Below are positions 59,766-64,000 of a stretch of DNA of 64,000 bases, piece by piece. The notes beneath the pieces were generated by a model, which was not told the DNA's origin, searched no databases, and saw only the letters and a list, made by a program, of their open reading frames with translations. Source of the stretch: Candidatus Kaelpia imicola (GTDB lineage: Bacteria > Omnitrophota > Gorgyraeia > Kaelpiales > Kaelpiaceae); assembly GCA_030765505.1 (NCBI GenBank), contig JAVCCL010000004.1, forward strand, positions 35,933-99,932, read 5' to 3'. Position 1 is the stretch's first letter; every line of letters starts with the position of its first letter. The position numbers were made by a program, and so were the translations under genes.

Positions 59766-59869
59766 AAAAATAACGTTGTAATTTCTAAGATAAACCATTA
59801 TTATCTCTTAACGGTAGTATCCCTGGTATATTAATTGTTTTTTGATATTTGGTGCTCTTATACTTTAAA

Positions 59870-59944
59870 GGGCGAGTAGTTCAGTGGGAGAACGCCTCGC
59901 TTACAACGAGGAGGTCGGAGGTTCAATCCCTCTCTCGCCCACCA
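59870..59944 (+). tRNA. tRNA-Val(TAC)
   Basis: GGGCGAG/CTCGCCC-ACCA, CCTCG-CTTACAA-CGAGG. Confidence 0.95.
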
Positions 59945-60006
59945 ACCCCTCTATAATCTTATAAATATCTTGTATTTATGGTAATATTGGATTAAAATAT
60001 AAAAAA

Positions 60007-60663
60007 ATGAAACTAAAATTTCTATCTATAACTATGGTAACTTTATTTATAAGCGTTGCTTTTGCTCAGGAACTTAGCAGCGGAATATCTAAGGAGAGTG
60101 TTGAGTCTATTTTAGGCAAGCCGGATATAGTAACAACAAGAGAGGACTTACAGGCTCAGATATTTCCTATAGCTATAGAGGGGGATAGGTACGATGAGGA
60201 GTTTGAATTCTGGGTGTATTATCAATATCCAGATGGTAAAAAAAAATGGGGTTTTGTTGAGTTTAACGTAGATAGTAAAGTAGTTGATTTTTCAATCTAT
60301 ACTCCAGGGAAGAAGAGTAAATATCCTTTAAAGATAAGCTTTCCCGATGCTGAGGTCTTTAAAAAGATAGGACACTATAACGGTGATGATTGGAGTCTTA
60401 TGCCTGACAAAAGTAAGACGCTTTTAATTATTGAGATAATGGATAATTTAAGAGGGAAAAATGTTTTTATAAAGAGACATCCGTTTTACTACCTGGAAGA
60501 GTTAGACTCTTTTTTTAAGGAAGATGCCCATAGGCATTTTACTGTGATTAATACACTATATACTTTTGCGTTATTGAATAGAGATTGGAATGATGGTCTG
60601 GATAAAGATGAAAGAATTAAACGGACTTTGCCTACTGATATTTGGAGTGATTTTATAAGATGA
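60007..60663 (+). CDS. Exported hypothetical protein (SmpA/BamE-like N-terminal motif)
   Basis: Signal peptide ending AFA; GISKESVESILGKPD...WVY. Confidence 0.65.
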   Translation: MKLKFLSITMVTLFISVAFAQELSSGISKESVESILGKPDIVTTREDLQAQIFPIAIEGDRYDEEFEFWVYYQYPDGKKKWGFVEFNVDSKVVDFSIYTPGKKSKYPLKISFPDAEVFKKIGHYNGDDWSLMPDKSKTLLIIEIMDNLRGKNVFIKRHPFYYLEELDSFFKEDAHRHFTVINTLYTFALLNRDWNDGLDKDERIKRTLPTDIWSDFIR

Positions 60664-61142
60664 TACCGATTGAGATACGTAAATTCGTTAAGAAGCTTTC
60701 TTATGGTTTTTTGGGGACATCTGATGAGGAAGGTAAACCGAATATATCAATAAAAGGTGTTGTATCAGTAGACTCTCGAAGTCTCTATTTCTGCGATCTA
60801 TTTATGGCTAAGACAAAGAAAAATCTGGAAGTTAATTCACGGATCTCATTTTTTGTAATTGACTGGAATAGCTTTGTAGGGTTTCAGTTTAAAGGCAGAG
60901 CAAAGGTTGAATTCAAAGGAGAGTTATTCGAGAAATATATAAGTAACTGGGAAAGGAAGCGTAATGATTTTATAATATCAAGGATGATTGAGAATCTAAA
61001 GAGTGAGAAAATTGTAAAGAGACACGATCTCTACCTTTTAAAACCTGAGTATCTGATTGTAATGGATGTAGAAGAGATATATGATTTAGTCGAGCCCATT
61101 AAGATGCTCGTTAAAACACATCTTGACAAGGTAAAAAGTTGA
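60660..61142 (+). CDS. Pyridoxamine 5'-phosphate oxidase-like FMN-binding protein
   Basis: LGTSDEEGKPNIS, KTKKNL, GFQFKG. Confidence 0.85.
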   Translation: MIPIEIRKFVKKLSYGFLGTSDEEGKPNISIKGVVSVDSRSLYFCDLFMAKTKKNLEVNSRISFFVIDWNSFVGFQFKGRAKVEFKGELFEKYISNWERKRNDFIISRMIENLKSEKIVKRHDLYLLKPEYLIVMDVEEIYDLVEPIKMLVKTHLDKVKS

Positions 61143-61182
61143 GGCTATATTATCGAAGAATAACAACTGAAGGAATGGGAAT

Positions 61183-61437
61183 ATGGAAAAAGAGAAAATA
61201 ATAGAGAAGTTTTCTATCCATGATAAAGATACGGGTTCACCCGAAGTCCAAATCGCTATCTTAACAAACAAAATTGCTTATCTTAATCAGCATTTGAAAC
61301 AACATAAGAAAGACCACCATTCAAGGCAGGGTCTTCTAATTATGGTGAGTAAGAGAAAGAAGCTTCTCAACTACTTAAAAAGGAAAGATCAAAAGAGATA
61401 TTTAGAGCTTGTGGAGAAGCTTAATTTACGTAAGTAA
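61183..61437 (+). CDS. rpsO: 30S ribosomal protein S15
   Basis: [17 protein letters not shown]. Confidence 0.98.
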   Translation: MEKEKIIEKFSIHDKDTGSPEVQIAILTNKIAYLNQHLKQHKKDHHSRQGLLIMVSKRKKLLNYLKRKDQKRYLELVEKLNLRK

Positions 61438-61480
61438 CTCTCCACATGCGAATCCTACCTTTTAATGACAAGGAGTTATA

Positions 61481-63547
61481 ATGAAAGAAGAAGTAAGAGT
61501 TAAAATTGGTGAAGAAGATATTGTAATAACTACAGGAGAGATGGCCAGGCAGGCTAACGGTTCTGTGAGAGTGCAATGCGGAGAGACTATCGTTCTGGTC
61601 AATGCAGTTATGTCTACCGAAGTCAGAGAAGGAATAGATTTTCTTCCTCTTATGGTTGATTATAGAGAGAGGACTTATGCAGCCGGTAAGATACCTGGAG
61701 GGTTTTTCAAAAGAGAGGGGAGACCTACAGATAAGGAGATATTAACATCCCGTCTAATTGATAGACCGATACGGCCTCTATTCCCCGAAGGTTTAAGAAA
61801 TGAAGTTCAGATTACAGCTATAGTACTATCGAGCGATGGTAAGTATGATCCAGATGTTCTAGCTATTATTGGGACTTCTGCGGCGCTCTATATCTCTGAT
61901 ATCCCGTTTGAGTCTCCAATAGCAGGAATTAAGCTTGCCATGGTCAATGGTGAGTCTGTTTTAAGCCCAGAGTATAAGCAGGTAGAAGAGTCTGATCTAA
62001 CTATTACTTTGGTCGGAGATGGAGAGGGTATCATTATGCTGGAGGGAGAAGCCAGAGAGATGAGTGAGGAAGATGTTTTTAATGCTATTAGTTTTGCTCA
62101 AAAATACCTTCCCTCTATTATAGAAGCTCAGAATGAATTGAGAAAAAAATGCGGAAAGGAAAAATTTAAGCCCGAGCTTTTTAAAGTAAGCAGCGATACG
62201 ATTAATGCCATAAAGAAAGATGCAGGGGTTAAAATTGCAGAGATCAGCATTACAAAAGATAGAGAAGAGAGAGCTGACTTGCTATCTTCCCTTAAGAGTG
62301 AATTGATAGAGAGATATCAGGAAGTCTATTCAGAGGAAGATATTAAAGAGGCTGTCTATGCAGTGCAGAAAAGTTCTATTAGGGAGTATGCTATCAAAAA
62401 CAAAAAAAGAGTAGATGGCAGATCGTTAACAGAGCTTAGAGATATAAGCTGTTCGGTTGAGGTATTACCTCGCACTCATGGTTCCGCATTGTTTACCAGA
62501 GGTCAGACTCAGAGTCTGGCTGTTACGACTTTGGGTACAACTAGCGATGAGCAGACTATAGAATCATTAGAAGGAAGATCGTCTAAAAAATTTATGCTTC
62601 ACTATAATTTCCCTTCTTTTAGCGTAGGAGAGGTACGTCCTATGAGAGGACCAGGCAGGCGGGAGATAGGTCACGGTGCTTTGGCTGAGAAAGCTTTAAA
62701 AGCGGTAATGCCTCAGAATGAAGAGTTTCCTTACACCGTTAGGCTGGTTTCAGATATTTTAGAATCTAATGGTTCCTCATCTATGGCTACGGTATCTGCC
62801 GGATCTTTGTCGATGATGGATGCCGGTGTTCCTTTAAAATCATCTGTTGCAGGTATAGCCTTGGGTCTATTTAAAGAGGGCGATGATGAGTTGATACTAA
62901 CAGATATTGCTGGTGCGGAAGACAATTTTGGAGATATGGATTTTAAGATTGCTGGAACTAGAGCTGGGATTACTGCTATACAGTTAGATTTAAAGATAGC
63001 CGGAATCAAAATTGATTTAATATCAAAGATTCTAAAGCAATCTCAGGAGGCTAGGATCAAGATCTTAGATATAATGGATAAGGTTATGAGTCAGGCCAGA
63101 ACATCTGTATCAGTTTATGCGCCTCGATTGACATCCTTTAAGTTAGAATCTGAGAAGATAGCTATAATTATTGGCCCTGGTGGAAAGACAATAAGAAAGC
63201 TTACAAGTGATACTGGGGCAAGGTTTGATATTGATGATGATGGTGTTGTGCATATAGCTGCTGATGACGACGAACAATTGCAGTATGCTCTCAAAAGAGT
63301 TGAGGAGTTGATAAAAGATGTCAAGGTTGGAGAGCTCTACGATGGTAAGGTGGTCAAGGTTGTTAATTTTGGAGCTTTTTGCGAAATAGCTCCGGGTAAA
63401 GAAGGTTTGGTTCATGTATCTGAGATTTCCAACGATTATGTTGCCAACGTTGAAGATGTTATTAAAAAAGGAGATGAAGTTAAAGTCAAAGTTATCGGTA
63501 TAGATGATACCGGTAAGATAAAGTTGAGCATGAAGCAAGTCGAATGA
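61481..63547 (+). CDS. pnp: Polyribonucleotide nucleotidyltransferase
   Basis: FFKREGRP, RREIGHG, GDMDFK, KH and S1 domains. Confidence 0.98.
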   Translation: MKEEVRVKIGEEDIVITTGEMARQANGSVRVQCGETIVLVNAVMSTEVREGIDFLPLMVDYRERTYAAGKIPGGFFKREGRPTDKEILTSRLIDRPIRPLFPEGLRNEVQITAIVLSSDGKYDPDVLAIIGTSAALYISDIPFESPIAGIKLAMVNGESVLSPEYKQVEESDLTITLVGDGEGIIMLEGEAREMSEEDVFNAISFAQKYLPSIIEAQNELRKKCGKEKFKPELFKVSSDTINAIKKDAGVKIAEISITKDREERADLLSSLKSELIERYQEVYSEEDIKEAVYAVQKSSIREYAIKNKKRVDGRSLTELRDISCSVEVLPRTHGSALFTRGQTQSLAVTTLGTTSDEQTIESLEGRSSKKFMLHYNFPSFSVGEVRPMRGPGRREIGHGALAEKALKAVMPQNEEFPYTVRLVSDILESNGSSSMATVSAGSLSMMDAGVPLKSSVAGIALGLFKEGDDELILTDIAGAEDNFGDMDFKIAGTRAGITAIQLDLKIAGIKIDLISKILKQSQEARIKILDIMDKVMSQARTSVSVYAPRLTSFKLESEKIAIIIGPGGKTIRKLTSDTGARFDIDDDGVVHIAADDDEQLQYALKRVEELIKDVKVGELYDGKVVKVVNFGAFCEIAPGKEGLVHVSEISNDYVANVEDVIKKGDEVKVKVIGIDDTGKIKLSMKQVE

Positions 63548-63563
63548 TTTTGTTGGGAGATTT

Positions 63564-64000
63564 ATGAAAAAGGAGATTCTCTGCCTGCTTGGGGCAGCAA
63601 TAGGCCTATATCTTTTTTTAGCAATTATCTTTTTTTCGCCATTATCTCATCCAGAGCTTAGTTTCTATGGGATTGAAGGGGGAAGCTTTTTCAGGAATAT
63701 TACTGTTCTCTCGGGTTATTTTTTACGTAGTTATTTTGGATGGACAGGTATTATAATTCCTGCTGTTATTTTTTTCTGGACATATATGTTTTATTTCTAT
63801 GAAGAGGATTTTAAGCATTTCAGACTTAAGCTATTCTCTTTTTTTCTTCTTATCTGTTCACTAAGCTGTTCTGTTGCGCTCTTGAGTCATTTCAATAAGG
63901 AGATTAGTTTTAATCTTTCCGGTATTGCCGGGTTTTATTTTTTAGATTATACCAGAAAGTATTTTGGTTATTCCGGGGCGATATTGGTAAGTTTTTTTGT
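63564..64000 (+). CDS. Partial membrane protein, probably the FtsK N-terminal 4TM domain (runs off window)
   Basis: Open frame from ATG 63564 (MKKEILCLLG...) with several TM segments; GIAG...YFGYSGAILV resembles FtsK_4TM. Confidence 0.6.
   Translation, partial: MKKEILCLLGAAIGLYLFLAIIFFSPLSHPELSFYGIEGGSFFRNITVLSGYFLRSYFGWTGIIIPAVIFFWTYMFYFYEEDFKHFRLKLFSFFLLICSLSCSVALLSHFNKEISFNLSGIAGFYFLDYTRKYFGYSGAILVSFF

Noticed and set aside
617-63538. Numerous 60-140 aa minus-strand ORFs
   Set aside because: They lie antisense to well-supported + strand genes and show no recognisable motifs.

Overview
Low-GC bacterial chromosome segment with every credible gene on the + strand. The gene content suggests the PVC superphylum, possibly Omnitrophota (inference only). 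Bases 1-8000 are accessory. They hold the right end of a tRNA-Met(CAT)-integrated element (retron RT-TOPRIM fusion, MCM-like AAA+/wHTH protein, origin-like hairpin region, XRE-HTH gene). After it come further, more decayed copies of the tRNA-Met 3' half (five in total), interleaved with unrelated cargo genes. Three copies carry a 47-49 bp structured insert at the same T-loop position. Bases 8000-64000 are mostly housekeeping: tilS-ftsH-folP-cdaA-cdaR-pdxJ-acpS-nnrD, EF-G2, yebC-ruvCAB-queH-queA, tRNA-Thr/Tyr, prfA-prmC-murA, rpsP-trmD-rplS-rnhB, fhs-folD, mdh-lpdA-nadE, a PyrR-regulated pyr cluster (pyrC doubly frameshifted, EndoQ/mutM inserted), a V-type ATPase operon, tRNA-Val, and rpsO-pnp-ftsK. 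Three scattered orphan exported proteins, including a CheD-like deamidase and a 1363-aa PPDK-like dikinase, share a signal peptide followed by RRxK[S/E].
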